A stretch of DNA of 64,000 bases, taken from positions 118,234,001 through 118,298,000 of the forward strand of contig NC_042997.1 of the NCBI RefSeq assembly GCF_006345805.1. Reading direction: 5' to 3'. Positions within the stretch are counted from its first letter, which is position 1. Every line of letters begins with the position of its first letter. Below are positions 15,727-28,254 of the stretch, in pieces. The translations under genes and the position numbers were made by a program. Source of the DNA: Octopus sinensis (taxonomy: Eukaryota). The notes beneath the pieces were generated by a model. The model made no database searches. It was given only the letters and a program-made list of their open reading frames with translations, and had not been told where the DNA came from.

Positions 15727-15865
15727 CTATCTATCTTTCTATCTATATCTCTATCTCTCTCTCTCTCTCTATGTCTCTCTCCCCCCCTCTCTCTATCTAT
15801 CTGTCTGTTTGTCTGTCAGTTTATCTCTCTCTCTCTCTATCTGTCTATGTTTGGCCTAACCAATT

Positions 15866-16000
15866 GCTTCACCAGCAACATGAAAACATGCTCGAGAGCT
15901 CATGTGGTATACGAAATAGTCTGCAGTAAATATGAGGCATCCTACAAAGGGAGACCTATCAGGAGATTGCATATCGGACTACAAGATCATCACACACAGA
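15866..16000 (+). mobile_element. Penelope-like GIY-YIG endonuclease fragment
   Basis: KTCSRAHVVYEIVCSKYEASYKGRPIRRLHIGLQDH fits the VVY-x-C-x-C-x-YIG-x-R-x-EH pattern of PLE endonucleases. Confidence 0.6.
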
Positions 16001-16858
16001 TACTTCTTTATCTAATTTGTACAAGATATAGTTTACTTAATTAGATAAATACGCTGCTGAAGTGCAGTCGCAGGCTGAGATTTTGTATTCTTGTATGAGA
16101 TGGCCTTTCGTTGATATGTCTCGTCAATGTCAAGCGTACTGTATTTACTGTACACGTGACAGTAATATAACGTGTCGTAGATCAGCATTATATCCGAGAG
16201 AGAATATATTCAAATAAAAGGCTAATTGACACAAACAATATAACATATATAACATAAAAGACAATCAATCAATAATAATAAAATGAATAAATAAAAGAAC
16301 GCAATTATACAATGTTGATGTTGAGACAGTTTACTGAAAATATTCATTTCCACACGCGACTGCATACACATACAAACCGTGACCTCTCCTGTCGTTAGAA
16401 GACAGGTTAAGGTGCCGAAATTTCTTACTGAAGAACCACAGATAATTTGCTTAGAGTGATCAAATGGTTGTCTTTACATAAGCTCACTCCGTCCATCAAA
16501 CCGACATTGCTCGCACAGGTGTACTCATAAATACAGACACACACACAAAGGCGTGGCTGTGACGTAAGAAGCTTGCTTCCCAACTAACAGGGTACGTCAC
16601 ACGGATTGAGATGAGCATTGTCGCTGTGAATTTTCTTTGCTTTTTCCCCCTTTATTTTGTTTGTTTACTTTTATATTGTACCTTTTTTCTTTTTCTCTCT
16701 GTTTTTCTTTCCCTTTTTCTCTATCAATCTGGTGTGTTTATTTTAATGGCCTACCAATGTATACAGTGCGTTTGTCTGCCCTAGGTGTCAGGAAAACACT
16801 CGACAAGAAAAGGAAAGTCAATTGAAAGAAGAGGATAGTGAAATAATATATGCGCGTG

Positions 16859-16895
<37 letters not shown>

Positions 16896-16930
16896 GTGTG
16901 TAGAAGGTTGAAAAGGAACACACGAGTTGA

Positions 16931-17298
16931 TATATATGGAAAAAAAGTCAAAATAGGAAATGCTAACATAATTTTATAAAAAAACATTTCAGTACCGGTT
17001 TCAGTCATTGATACTTTTTCAACTGTAAGTATGGAAAACAATTCAATTTTGGAAAAACTAAGAAAAGTTTAAAAAAAAAAATATTTACAAGTGGCATTTT
17101 CTTTATTTCTGCTTGTCTCTGTCTCTCTTGTTTACTCTTGTAGGTTCGAGGTCGTTGTGAATTCTTGGTAGTGAAGAAAAAGAAAATTTAATTGTTTCCC
17201 ATACTTGCGGTTGAAAAAGTCTCAATGACTGAAACCAGTACTGAAATGTTTTTTATAAAATTATTTTAGCATTTTCTATTTTCTACCTTGACTATTTT

Positions 17299-17307
<9 letters not shown>
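16931..17307. mobile_element. MITE-like element with ~115-bp imperfect terminal inverted repeats
   Basis: 16931-17043 is the reverse complement of 17190-17307, with substitutions between arms. ~145-bp spacer, TA flanks. Confidence 0.55.
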
Positions 17308-17350
<43 letters not shown>

Positions 17351-17422
17351 TAACATAATGGAATAAAAAATTCCAAGGCAGTGAAAGTTTCTGAAAACTT
17401 TCACAGCCGTCGATTTCTATTA

Positions 17423-17514
<92 letters not shown>

Positions 17515-17613
17515 TCAATATAGGGTGGTGAAAAAAAATTTTGTAGAATTCTTTTTGCCACCAGCGGCTAGTGGGAAAAAATTAAATAGTCGTAGACCAT
17601 TTTTAAGTTCAAC

Positions 17614-18139
17614 ATCAACAATCAAGGAACGGCCATAATAGGCCATTCACCCACTAGAAATAACAGCCAAAGCTTCAACCGCAAATACAGATCCATTCCG
17701 TAAACAGGAGAAAATTTAAAAAACATTACCCTGTAATTTCTTGTACGATGCACCGTTTCGTCTGCTGTTTAATGGTAAACTAACCTGATTAAATTAAATC
17801 AAGCCAATCTTCCATAGGCCCTCAGATTCTTCAGCAAGAAATAGCCAAGTCGGAACAGATATTTTCACGAGGCATTTCCGAAATGCCTCGTGAAAATATC
17901 TGTTCCGACTTGGCTATTTTGCTGAAGAATCTGAGGGCCTATGGAAGATTGGCTTGATTTAATTTAATCAGGTAGTTTACCATTAAACAGCAGACGAAAC
18001 GGTGCATCGTACAGAAATTACAGGTAATGTTTTTTTAAATTTTCTCCTGTTTACGGAATGGATCTGTTTGCGGTTGAAGCTTTGGCTGTTATTTCTAGTG
18101 TGGTGAATGGCCTATTATGGCCGTTCCTTGATTGTTGAT
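17614..18139. repeat. ~525-bp near-perfect palindrome (centre 17879) of a hammerhead-bearing PLE-like terminus
   Basis: gaggcatttc-c-gaaatgcctc at the centre. Arms differ almost only by small indels. Confidence 0.95.
17736..17842 (-). ncRNA. Type I hammerhead ribozyme
   Basis: AUUUCUUG-CUGAAGA-aUCUG...CAGAc-GAAAC GGUGCAUC GUA-CAAGAAAU: perfect 8-bp stem I, canonical core, near-palindromic stem III, GUA cleavage triplet. Indel-damaged mirror copy at 17916-18018 (+). Confidence 0.8.
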
Positions 18140-18240
18140 ATATATATATATATAATATATATATATATGTAAGCTAATATATGATCTAATATATAGCACT
18201 TACTCACCTTCAGGCCTTGTTGACACAATTACCTCTCATA

Positions 18241-18307
<67 letters not shown>

Positions 18308-18310
<3 letters not shown>

Positions 18311-18684
18311 GGCAGTCCATCGGTTATGACGACGAGGGTTCCAGTTGAATCCGATCAACGGAACAGGCTGCTCGTGAAATTAACGTGCAAGTGGCTGAGC
18401 ACTACACAGACACGTGTACCGTTAAAGTAGTTCTCGGGGAGATTGAGCGTGACAGTGAGTGTGACAAGGCTGGCCCTTTGAAATACAGGTACAACAGATA
18501 CAGGAAGAAAGAGTGGGAGAAAGTTGTGGTGAAAGAGTACAGCAGGGTTTGCCACCACCACCTGCCGGAGCCTCGCAGCGCTTTAGCTGTTTTCTTTCAA
18601 TAAGCACTCACATCGTTTGGTCTGGGAATCGAAACTGCGATCCTACGACCATGAATCCACTGCCTTAACCACTGGGTTGTTGCG
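18308..18684 (-). mobile_element. tRNA-derived SINE, family C, near full length
   Basis: Head with A-box (ccagtggttaagg) and B-box-like gtttcgattcc. Body matches 43773-43965, 21246-21547 and 63337-63650. Confidence 0.85.
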
Positions 18685-18897
18685 TTTTCTCTCTCTCTTT
18701 GTCTCTCTCACTCTCTCTCTCTGTATATATATATAGTATATAAAATTAATATATACATACACACATACACATACCCATCGGTATACATACACACATAAAA
18801 CACATATTCACTTACAGATATCGAGATGCATAAATACATAGACACACGTTTTACACATACACACATACAGATACATGCGGATACATACATACATACA

Positions 18898-18931
<34 letters not shown>

Positions 18932-19156
18932 CATACATACATACGGATACATGCATCCATGCAAATACATATATATACTTGTATGCACTATAATCAAACA
19001 CATTTTATTCTTCGCCGATCACTTTTGATATTATCTACCCCTGGCATAGAATTTTCTAAATATTTAATCATTTGAACATGTCTTCTACTTCGTAATTTTA
19101 AATTTTAAAAATCTCATTGATAAACAAAAAATGACTGAAACTAGTTTGGTATTTAT

Positions 19157-19575
19157 TACTCTTTTAGTATTTTACTTGTTTCAGTCATTTGACTGCGGCC
19201 ATGCTGGAGCACCGCCTTAAGTCGAGCAAATCTTCCCCACGACTTATTCTTTGTAAGCCTAGTACTTATTCTATCGGTCTCTTTTGCCGAACTGCTAAAT
19301 TACAGAGACGTAAACACGCCAGCATCGGTTGTAGAGCGATGTTGGGGGGACAAACACAGGCACACAAACATATATACACACACACATATACACACATATA
19401 TATATATACATATATACGACGGGCTTCTTTCAGTTTCCGTCTACCAAATCCAATCACAAGGCTTTGGTCGGCCCAAGGCTATAGTAGAAGACACTTGCCC
19501 AAGATGCCACGCAGTGGACTGAACCCGGAACTATGTGGTTCGTAAGCAAGCTACTTACCACACAGCCACTCCTGC
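19157..19575 (-). mobile_element. tRNA-derived SINE, family B, full length
   Basis: gcaggagtggctgtgtggtaag...gggttcagtccactgcgtggc head, internal TA/CA microsatellite, aaagagta-type tail. Matches 42260-42861. Confidence 0.9.
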
Positions 19576-20789
19576 GGCTATGTAAATATATTTATTTAAA
19601 AACAACTGCATTTTTTTCAAATTCAGATGCATTTTTGAAAACAAATTCTTCTTTTCTTTCCTGCGTGGAAATACACACTTCTTTTCACAAACACACACAC
19701 ACACACACACACGCTCGCGCGCGCGTGTGTGTATGTATGTGTGTATGTGTGTATACAAAGGGATGCTGAACAGTTACTGGCTTTGGGTAGAAGAAAATAG
19801 AAGAAGGTCTGCTAATTATGATTTTTTTTCAACATATTCCCCTCTCAGATTCACACACTTACTGCAGCGGTCCTTCAGTTTTTCTGAACCCTGTAAAAGA
19901 ACTCGGAAGGTTGTACCTCCAAACAGGCCATCTGCGACACCCTTAAAGCCAGGAACTTTTCAGAACCAACTCGTATGTATGTACCTGTGTGTGTATGTAG
20001 GTCTGTATTAACCGAGAGAGGAGAGAATATTTAATTCGGTGTATAATCTAGAACGTTTTCAGTAAGGAGCGAGCGTTAACTGCAGTTTTTTCACAGCATG
20101 TTGGCATACATAATGCTAGAAAAAATTGAGATTCTTAGCAAATAATTTCATACTGCTGTTAGCATGTTTTAGTCATTAGTTGAGAATATTCCGTTGTTAA
20201 TACTGGAAATATTAATTCCACAGGAATTACTAGCGAGCTCAGAGATCGGTATTAATACACATTCATGCGCACACACACTCAAATATGTATGTATTATGTA
20301 TATATGTACGTTACGCACACGCAAAAATAAAAACATTTTTTATTGCTGGTCCCTCATTCTGTTACTATCGATATTACAAGCCTAGAGACTTATACGCGTT
20401 AAATAAAAGACTTATAAATCAATGTTCTTGCAAACCTTTGCCAAATTCTTTGAACATATTTTGGCATAGAATCAATGCCATTTTTCTTAATCCGAAAAGT
20501 GTTATCGAAAACAGGGTCGATATTTTTGGCGATTATAATATAAATCTCCGTATCAGTGATCTCTTAGTAGTTTCTGGCAAACCTTAGTCACTTTCATAAT
20601 CGTTTAGTAATAAGGGAAATAATCTATTATATCAAACTGTGAGAGTGTATCTTGTTTCTTATTTATGATATCAAAACCCATTATGACTAAAAGCACTCTC
20701 GTTTCGTAAAGATAGAATTGAATCTCTTATTTTGAGTATTATATACTCCAATGTTATTATTCACTTTAATATTAATGTATACTCTAACA

Positions 20790-21178
20790 AGGCGGCGAGC
20801 TGGCAGAATCGTTAGCACGTATTTCGTAGCCGTATTTCGTCTTCCGTTACGTTCTGAGTTCAAATTCCGTCGAGGTCAACTTTGTCTTTCATCCTTTCGG
20901 GTTCGATTAAATAAGTACCAGTTACGCACTGGGTCGATATAATCGACTTAATCCGTTTGTCTGTCCTTGTTTGTCCTCTCTGTGTTTAGCCCCTTGTGTG
21001 TAGTAAAGAAATAGGCATTTCGTCTGCCGCTACGTTCTGAGTTCAAATTCCACTAAGGTTAACTTTGCCTTTCATCCTTTTGTGGCAGATAAAATAAGTA
21101 CCAGTTGAACACTGAGATCGATGTAATTGACATACCCCACCTCCCCCAAGCTACCATTGTGGCAAAAATTTGAAATAA
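20790..21178 (+). mobile_element. SINE family A (tRNA-derived, Deu/Nin-like central domain), one copy plus a 5'-truncated second copy
   Basis: aggcggcgagctggcagaatcgttagc head, B-box gagttcaaattcc, central gtc(g)actttgcctttcatcctttcggggtcgat..aagtacc resembling the Deu/Nin core. Confidence 0.85.
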
Positions 21179-21245
21179 TTATTATATGCTTCAATATTAT
21201 TTAGGAATTATTAATCTCGTTGAAGGATTAGTGATGGAGTTGTAT

Positions 21246-21547
21246 TGTTTGTTCCTTCTCAAGCCATGCCTGGCTCATAGGGCCGATTTCCCCGTTTCCT
21301 TGGCGTATAGGTTCCCCACCTGGACAGGGGACGCCGGTCCGTCGCAGTTCAGTTGCAAGATGCAGGAGGAAAGAGTGAGAGAAAGTTGCGGCGGAAGAGA
21401 CAGCAGAAGTTCGTCATTACCTTCTGCAGGAGCTGCGTGGAGCTTAGGTGTTTCGCTCATAAACACACATATTGCCCGGTCTGAGAATCGAAACTGCGAA
21501 CCCTCGACCTCGAGTCCGCTGCTCTAACCACTAGGTCATGTGCCTCC
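21246..21547 (-). mobile_element. tRNA-derived SINE, family C variant
   Basis: Head ggaggcacatgacctagtggttagagc. Tail matches the tails of the 63085-63650 copies (catgagcc.ggc..ggcttg..aag). Confidence 0.8.
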
Positions 21548-21807
21548 ACGATGGAGTTATATAATGGTTGCTAAAAGTAAAATATAGTTTGCATAGTGCA
21601 AGATATTCTTCTCTGTTGTCTAGGCACGTAGTGATTACTTTACCTTTTGGAATATTAGTCCTCATTGTACTGAATCAATAGCAAATTGAATAGGGGAAAG
21701 GTGAACCTTTCGCTGTTTCCATTATGTATATATGTATATTTGTATGTATGCATACACGCATATCTGTCTGTATGTATATATATTTACATTTATATATGTA
21801 TACATAA

Positions 21808-22027
21808 GTGCAGGAGTGGCTGTGTGGTAAGAAGCTTGCTTCCCAACAACATGGTTCGGAATTCAGTCCCACTGGGTGACACATTGGTCTACCAAGTCCA
21901 CTCACAATGCTTTGTTCGGCCTGAGGCTATAGTAGAAGACACTTGCTCAAGGTGACACGCAGTGGGACTGAACCTGGAAACAATTGGTTGAGAAGCAAGC
22001 TTTTTAACACACAGCCACCCTTGTGCA
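21808..22027. mobile_element. Two partial family B SINE copies in opposite orientation
   Basis: 21808-21875 is a + head; 21876-22027 is the 5' half of a copy on the - strand. Confidence 0.8.
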
Positions 22028-22145
22028 AATTTCTGATGGCGCGCATGCGTGGGTGTCTTTGCCTCCGTGGCCAAAACGTAGTGACATCGAACACAAAATA
22101 AACGCTTAGTCGGTCATAACAAATCAACAGCATCCAAACTGACGC

Positions 22146-22228
22146 ATTTGTAAGCCCATGGCCCATTACAGGTATTTGTAATCCATGGCCCATTACAGGT
22201 ATTTGTAAGCCCATGACCCATTACAGGG
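22146..22228. repeat. 28-bp minisatellite, three units
   Basis: atttgtaagcccatggcccattacaggt x3 (28, 27, 28 bp), no spacers. Confidence 0.9.
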
Positions 22229-22640
22229 TTTTCAGGACTGGCGGGAGGGAAGCAGATATCCTCACACCAGAAACATAAACCAAATGCTTGCAGCAGAATG
22301 GACTCTACTAAAGATCACTAAATTACTTAATGATGTTAGACTGGCCGACGTAGTAGCTATAGCAACCAAGTCGGCCACGGTCGGATTTGAACTCAGAGCG
22401 TATACAGCCAGAGCGTATACTACCACTAGGCAACGGTTTTACAGTGTCGCCGACCAACCACCTGAGATTATAACATTTTTTATCGATTTACAGAGGATTA
22501 AAAGTAAAGTTGAACGCGGTGAGATTCAAACACAGAGCCCCGACAGTTGGAACAAATGCACGAAGAATTTCGTTCCACGTTCTGACAACTCAATTAATTT
22601 ATCGTCGAATGTATGTAACATAATTAATTCATTCAACTAA

Positions 22641-23030
22641 AGGCGCAGGCGGGGGCTGTGTGGTAAGAAGCTTGCTTCCCAACTACATGGTTCCGGGTTC
22701 AGTAGTACTGCGTGGTAACTTGGGCAAGTGCTTTCTACTATAGCCGCGGGCCGACCAAAATTTTTGAGTGGATATGATAGACGGAAACTGAAAGAAGGTC
22801 GTTATCTATCTATCTGTGTGTTCCTGTTTTTGTCTCCCCTCACCGCTTGAAAACCGGTGTTGGTGTATTTATGTCCCTGTAACTTAGCGGCTCGACCAAA
22901 ACAGTGATAGAATAAGTACCAGGCTTACCAAAAATAAGTCCTGGTGTCAATTTGCTCGACGAAAATCCTTCAAGGCAATGCCCCAGCATGGCTGCAATCT
23001 AGTGACCGAAACAAATAAAAGATAAAAGAA
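22641..23030 (+). mobile_element. SINE family B, full length, diverged
   Basis: Collinear with 42260-42861. Confidence 0.85.
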
Positions 23031-23338
23031 AAGATTGTCTACGTCCCAGTGTTTCTTGCAACGCATCAGTGGGGGTAATTATGGAGGTGCGGTGTTAAGG
23101 AATTGTACCTTTGGGTCTGTGCAGTGTGTTGTGTAGTTTATGGGGATTTGGGGAAGGAAAACTCGCTGGTTGCCGTGGTGAGTGATCCGCTCTGTAGCCA
23201 CGTCATCGATATGCGTGATCGACACTGTTGATTGTCTTACCTCATGTTTCGGAGCTTCTTACTAAGCGTGACCATTTATTGGCACAAAGAATCGCAGTGT
23301 CGAGAAACATCTGAATATCGACTCGAGAGAGTTAATCT

Positions 23339-23818
23339 CTCTTTACTACCCACAAGCGGCTAAACACAGAGAGGACAAACAAGGACAGACAAACGGGTTA
23401 AGTCGATTATATCGTCCCCAGTACGTAACTGGTACTTACTTAACCGACCCCTAAAGGATAAAAGACAAAGTCGACCTCGCCGGAATTTGAACGCAGAACG
23501 TAACGGCAGACGAAATACCGCTAGACATTTCGCCCGGCGTGCTAACGTTTCTGTCAGCTCGCCGCCTTGACTCGACACAGTTAATCTCTTTCTTTATTAC
23601 CCACAAGAGGTTAAACACAGAGGAGACAAACAAGGACAGACAAACGGATTAAGTCGATTATATCGACTCCAGTGCGTAAATGATACTTAATCTATCTACC
23701 CCGAAAGGATGAAAGGCAAAGTCGACCTCGGCGGAATTTGAACTCAGAACGTAACGGCAGACGAAATACGGCTACGCATTTCGCTCGGCGTGCCAACGTT
23801 TCTGCCAGCTGGCCGGCT
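23339..23818 (-). mobile_element. Two tandem full-length family A SINEs
   Basis: 23339-23567 and 23588-23818 are each the reverse complement of the family A pattern. The gactcga.a.agttaatc target motif occurs three times around them. Confidence 0.9.
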
Positions 23819-23876
23819 TGACTCGACAGAGTTAATCGTCACTCTCGACTATGTTTGAATAAGTAATCGTGCACGT

Positions 23877-23913
<37 letters not shown>

Positions 23914-24338
23914 TGTGCGTGAAAGAGTATTAAATCTTTTGTCATCCTCAGCATTGGCAAACACAAGTATGATTGGTTTCACTGACGTACTGAACAAGCA
24001 GTTTTGACATTCCGATATAATCTATATCCTTGAGATCAAAGCCAAGGACTTGACATGCCAGCATTATAAATTGCAGGACATAAACGGATGTATGTACACA
24101 GCAGAAATTTTATGGCATACAGTGGAATATTAGAGCATTAGGATGTTGCATGTTTCATGTAGGAACTTCGTTTTCTATGTTTTTCTTTTTTGTTCTGACA
24201 ACGACTCATTTATTTACTGAAAATACACATTTACTGAGATTTCTGCATAGAAACACAGAGAGAAAAAGAAAAGCAAGCACAACACCAACAACAATGTTCA
24301 CACACAAAGGCAAAACTACTCCGTCAGAAATCAGTTTA

Positions 24339-24420
<82 letters not shown>

Positions 24421-25047
24421 TGTGTGGTGTGTGTGTGTGTGTGTGTATGTATGTGTATATATATGTATGTATATGTATGTATACGCATGTATATGTATAT
24501 ATATATATATATCCATGTATATGTATATATATATATCCATATATATACATATATTTATATATATGTATGTATATGTATGTATATATATATGATGTATATT
24601 TGTATGGGCGTTTTTACGTATTTATATATGTATGTATATGTTTATGTCTCTAAATACATGTATGTATGTACGTACGTATGTATATATATATAGGGGTCAA
24701 CGCCTGTGTGTGCCCGTGCGTACGTGCTTATGATATCAAATGTTGCACCGATACAGGAATGTTTAGTAGATCATGGCATATATGCTCCATCAAATACTAC
24801 GTATGCCGCTGGTTTATTGTTATGCTGAACGTATGTGGGAACTAGCAATTATGGGAATTATATATTATATGAGCTTTCAACTATCTATGTCCATTAATAT
24901 TTTAAATGCCATTACAAATGGAACGGATTTCGGTCCTGTCACTTCAAAATACACTGCCATATGTACAGAGGTCATAGCAAATGGTACTTGATGGACCTGT
25001 TTCCAGTCACACCCTTGGTTTTACAATGCTTTAATTATGATACTACA

Positions 25048-25280
25048 AGGCGGCGAGATGGCAGAAGCGTTAGCGCGCTGGGCAAAATGCTTAGCGGTAT
25101 TTCGTCTGCCGTTACGTTTCTGAGTTCAAATTCCGCCGAGGTCGACTTTGCTTTTCATCCTTTCGGGGTCGATAAATAAAGTAGCAGTTACGCACTGGGG
25201 TCGATGTATTCATCTTAATCACTTTGTCTGTCTTTGTTTGTCCCCACTATATTTAGCCCCTTGTGGGCAATAAAGAAATA
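25048..25280 (+). mobile_element. SINE family A, full length
   Basis: Collinear with 33320-33553. Confidence 0.9.
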
Positions 25281-25599
25281 TATAATTATGGTACTATAAT
25301 TGTTTTCGAGAGTTAGATTTTGAATGGAAATCTTTTTGAAAATGGAGGGCATGCAAGGACGTGCATTAACCATGAGATGGGCGTGCAATTCAGCTCTTAG
25401 AGGCACAGTCACGCTGGTCAGCACCTGATATTGCATCAACGATCTGCTTAATATGTCTGGATCGGATAGGAATTGGAAAGTTTTTCATACAGTGTGGTCA
25501 GTTATACTCAGATATAAGTCAAGATAAGATATAAATATATTTTGTTATATTTCGGGAGGGGCTTTATGTCAAATATAGGGGAAATTACCACCTGTATCA

Positions 25600-25852
25600 T
25601 CTCTTGTGAAAGGTAGAAGAGTCCAGTTTGCTGGACATCGTTGTAGAGCTGAAAACGAGGTAATTTCTACTCTTCTCCTCTGGAAGCCATCTGCTCGCGA
25701 TACCAGGGGGCGCACACTCTCCTACCCTGATGTAATCTCCAGGGATACAGGCATCCAGCAACAGGACCTCCGTAATGCTATAATGGACCGTGAAGTCTGG
25801 CGTATCATAGTAAATTCCATTGTCTCGACCACGGTCGAACAATGATGATGAT
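25600..25852 (+). mobile_element. 3' end of an RTE-clade LINE
   Basis: RRVQFAGHRCR..LLLWKP..GRTLSYPDVISRDTG..LRNAIMDREVWR, then stop and a (TGA)n tail, typical of RTE C-termini. Confidence 0.8.
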
Positions 25853-25917
25853 TATGTTTGATAATAAAGATGATCACTTGTTCTATTTCACTTCTTTTTC
25901 TTTATTATTTGACAAAT

Positions 25918-26135
25918 TGGAGGCGGTGGGGTAGCAAAATCGTTACTATATCGGGCAAAACGGTTAGCGGTGTTTCATTCCCCTTTACATTCTGAGTTCA
26001 AATTCCACCGAAGTCGACTTTGCATTTCATTTTTTCGGGGTCGATCAAATAAGAACAAATTGAACATTGAGGTCAATGTAATCGATTTACCCCTTCCTCC
26101 AAACTTGCTGACCTTGTGCCATAATTTGAGACCAT
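25918..26135 (+). mobile_element. Diverged family A-type SINE
   Basis: ctgagttcaaattcc..gtcgactttgcatttcattttttcggggtcgat core. Confidence 0.7.
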
Positions 26136-26546
26136 TATTTTACAAATTGATTAACTATTTAACCAATTGATTAATCAATTATTTGATAAATCATTTGATT
26201 AATCAACCGATCAATCAATCAGTTTTGCTTGCCAAAGTTCTTTCGTCGCTTTTCACGACCTCATCAATAACATGCCTTCTCTTCTTCAGATCAACTTCAG
26301 ATCTAGCAGAGTTCTGGAGTTCCATACTGGAACGTTTGCTTCTTTGCTTCTCTAGGAAGGCACGGGTTCTGATGGGTGAAACCAACCATTTAGCAAAACC
26401 CTCTGCATAGGTCCTCACCGTTTCTAATAGGCTTAGGCTGCGGAATCTAGAGACATTTCCAGAGACTGAGAAGGTATGGTCATGTCATGTTAAACTTGTC
26501 TTTCCGCTTCTTGTAAATTTGAAAAGATTCAAACAAATAGATAATC

Positions 26547-26684
26547 TTTTCTACGCCAGGCACAAGGCTCGAAATTTTGGGGAGGGGGCCAGTCGATTAG
26601 ATCGATCCCAGTACGCAACTGGTACTTAATTTATCGACCCCGAAAGAATGAAAGGTAAAGTCGACCTCGGCGGAATTTGAACTC
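26547..26684 (-). mobile_element. 5'-truncated family A SINE
   Basis: Contains the reverse complement of the central domain and B-box. Confidence 0.75.
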
Positions 26685-27042
26685 ACCAAACAAATAGATA
26701 ATGGAAACCTAAGGACATACCTACATGCAACTTACAGAAAATACTACAGCTAAATACTATACGGGTAAGTGCTGCACACATTCATTTTTTCTGTTACTTA
26801 TTTCACTCGTTATGTTGCGGCCATGCTGGAGTGCAGATTCGAGGGGTTTGACGTCGATAGAGTAGCCCCAGTACTTCGTTACATGTAATACTTCTCTTAT
26901 CGGTCGCATTTTTGCTGTATTATCAAGTTGCAGAGAGATAAGCAAACCTACCCCTGTTGTTAAGTGCAACGGGGGTACAATCCTGAGTCTAGTATCATCT
27001 AGTTGTCATCAGTAAAAATTTTGCATTATGTAGCTTTTTATT

Positions 27043-27700
27043 AAGAATAAAAAGCTACATAATGCAAAATTTTTACTTTTCAAAAATTCCAATTCTAAAG
27101 GGTCGAAATAAACCCAAGCAACGCCGGGCGATACTGCATGTTATGGATAAAGACATACTCGGAGAAAAGTAATTCTGTCTTCCAGTCCTTCCAATGTCGC
27201 TTATCATTCAACCTCTTTTGTCATAACCACCATCCAGCGGGTCACTGCCAGAAAGTTCTCCAGAAAACAATGCTTAGTTAATCCTCGTCGTTGATCAGAA
27301 CAACCTTGCACAGGCCTAGAATCAACCTTCTATAGAGTGCAAAGGTTAACATATCATCAGCCACATTGTCCGACTGATAGATGACAACTAGATGATACTA
27401 GACTCAGGATTGTGAACATTTTTCTGGTTGAAATACACCGAAAAATTGCGACACAGCAGTCAATAAATCATAAAAAATAGGGATTTTCATAGAAAAAAAG
27501 CACCTTTGTGATGTAAATAATTTTTGGTGTTAACATGGTCCGATTTTAATTTTGTCTTCTACGGAATGAAGATTAAGCCTTCTTCTATCATACTCTCAAT
27601 TTTAGTTAACTTGTGCCGCAGGGTCTCAGAGGAGATAGTGTTAGTTGAAGGCTACCAAACCTGCCATACACAAACAACTTCAGCTTTATATATAGAGAGA
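27043..27700. mobile_element. Rearranged second copy of the 1413-1783 Helitron-like element
   Basis: 5' part inverted at 27043-27138; remainder on + at 27417-27700. Confidence 0.75.
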
Positions 27701-28254
27701 TTTAAATTCCATCGTAATGAAGAACGACATGGTAGAGAGAGGTTCTGCCTTTCAGAAAATGTTCTTAAAGCTGGTTTGAGTACTGGCCATGGCGCTAGTA
27801 AATAATGTTGCTCTGAACATGTGTCAGTAGTTGCAAATGAAACGCTTTGAGAGACACTTGTGTTTCAAATAGTGCAGTTCAGCTTGGCTCTTAATAATTG
27901 TCCCTTTATTTGAAACTTTTATAAAAATATTTACTGTTTTAATCTTTTTGTTTTATTTTTAGGTTTTATGCTGTTTTGTTAATTATCTTTGTAATAACCT
28001 ATCATCTATCGTTCGTGTGTCAATGAACGAACGCACTTTTTATTACAGTACCCCTGTTTTAATTGTGTACAGAACCGAACGCGGTTCTATGCGCCATGAG
28101 TACTTCGCGTTTTGGCTTGTTTTGGTATATTATATTCTGTAATCCTCCACGAAACGTGTTTGTGGCATCTGTTTGTACTATTTTGCATGTGTTGTATATT
28201 TGAATAAGTCGTATTTGTCTCGACCTTTTAAAATAATTCCCAAGACAGTTCTAA

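Noticed and set aside
20390-20590. Minus-strand peptide ...KNGIDSMPKYVQRIWQRF and the + strand 100-aa ORF
   Set aside because: Short, bounded by stops, no convincing splice sites, and no family I can name.
22146-22228. CRISPR-like repeat (28-bp partly palindromic unit); likewise 61854-61900
   Set aside because: Units are directly adjacent with no spacers, there are no cas genes, and the context is eukaryotic.
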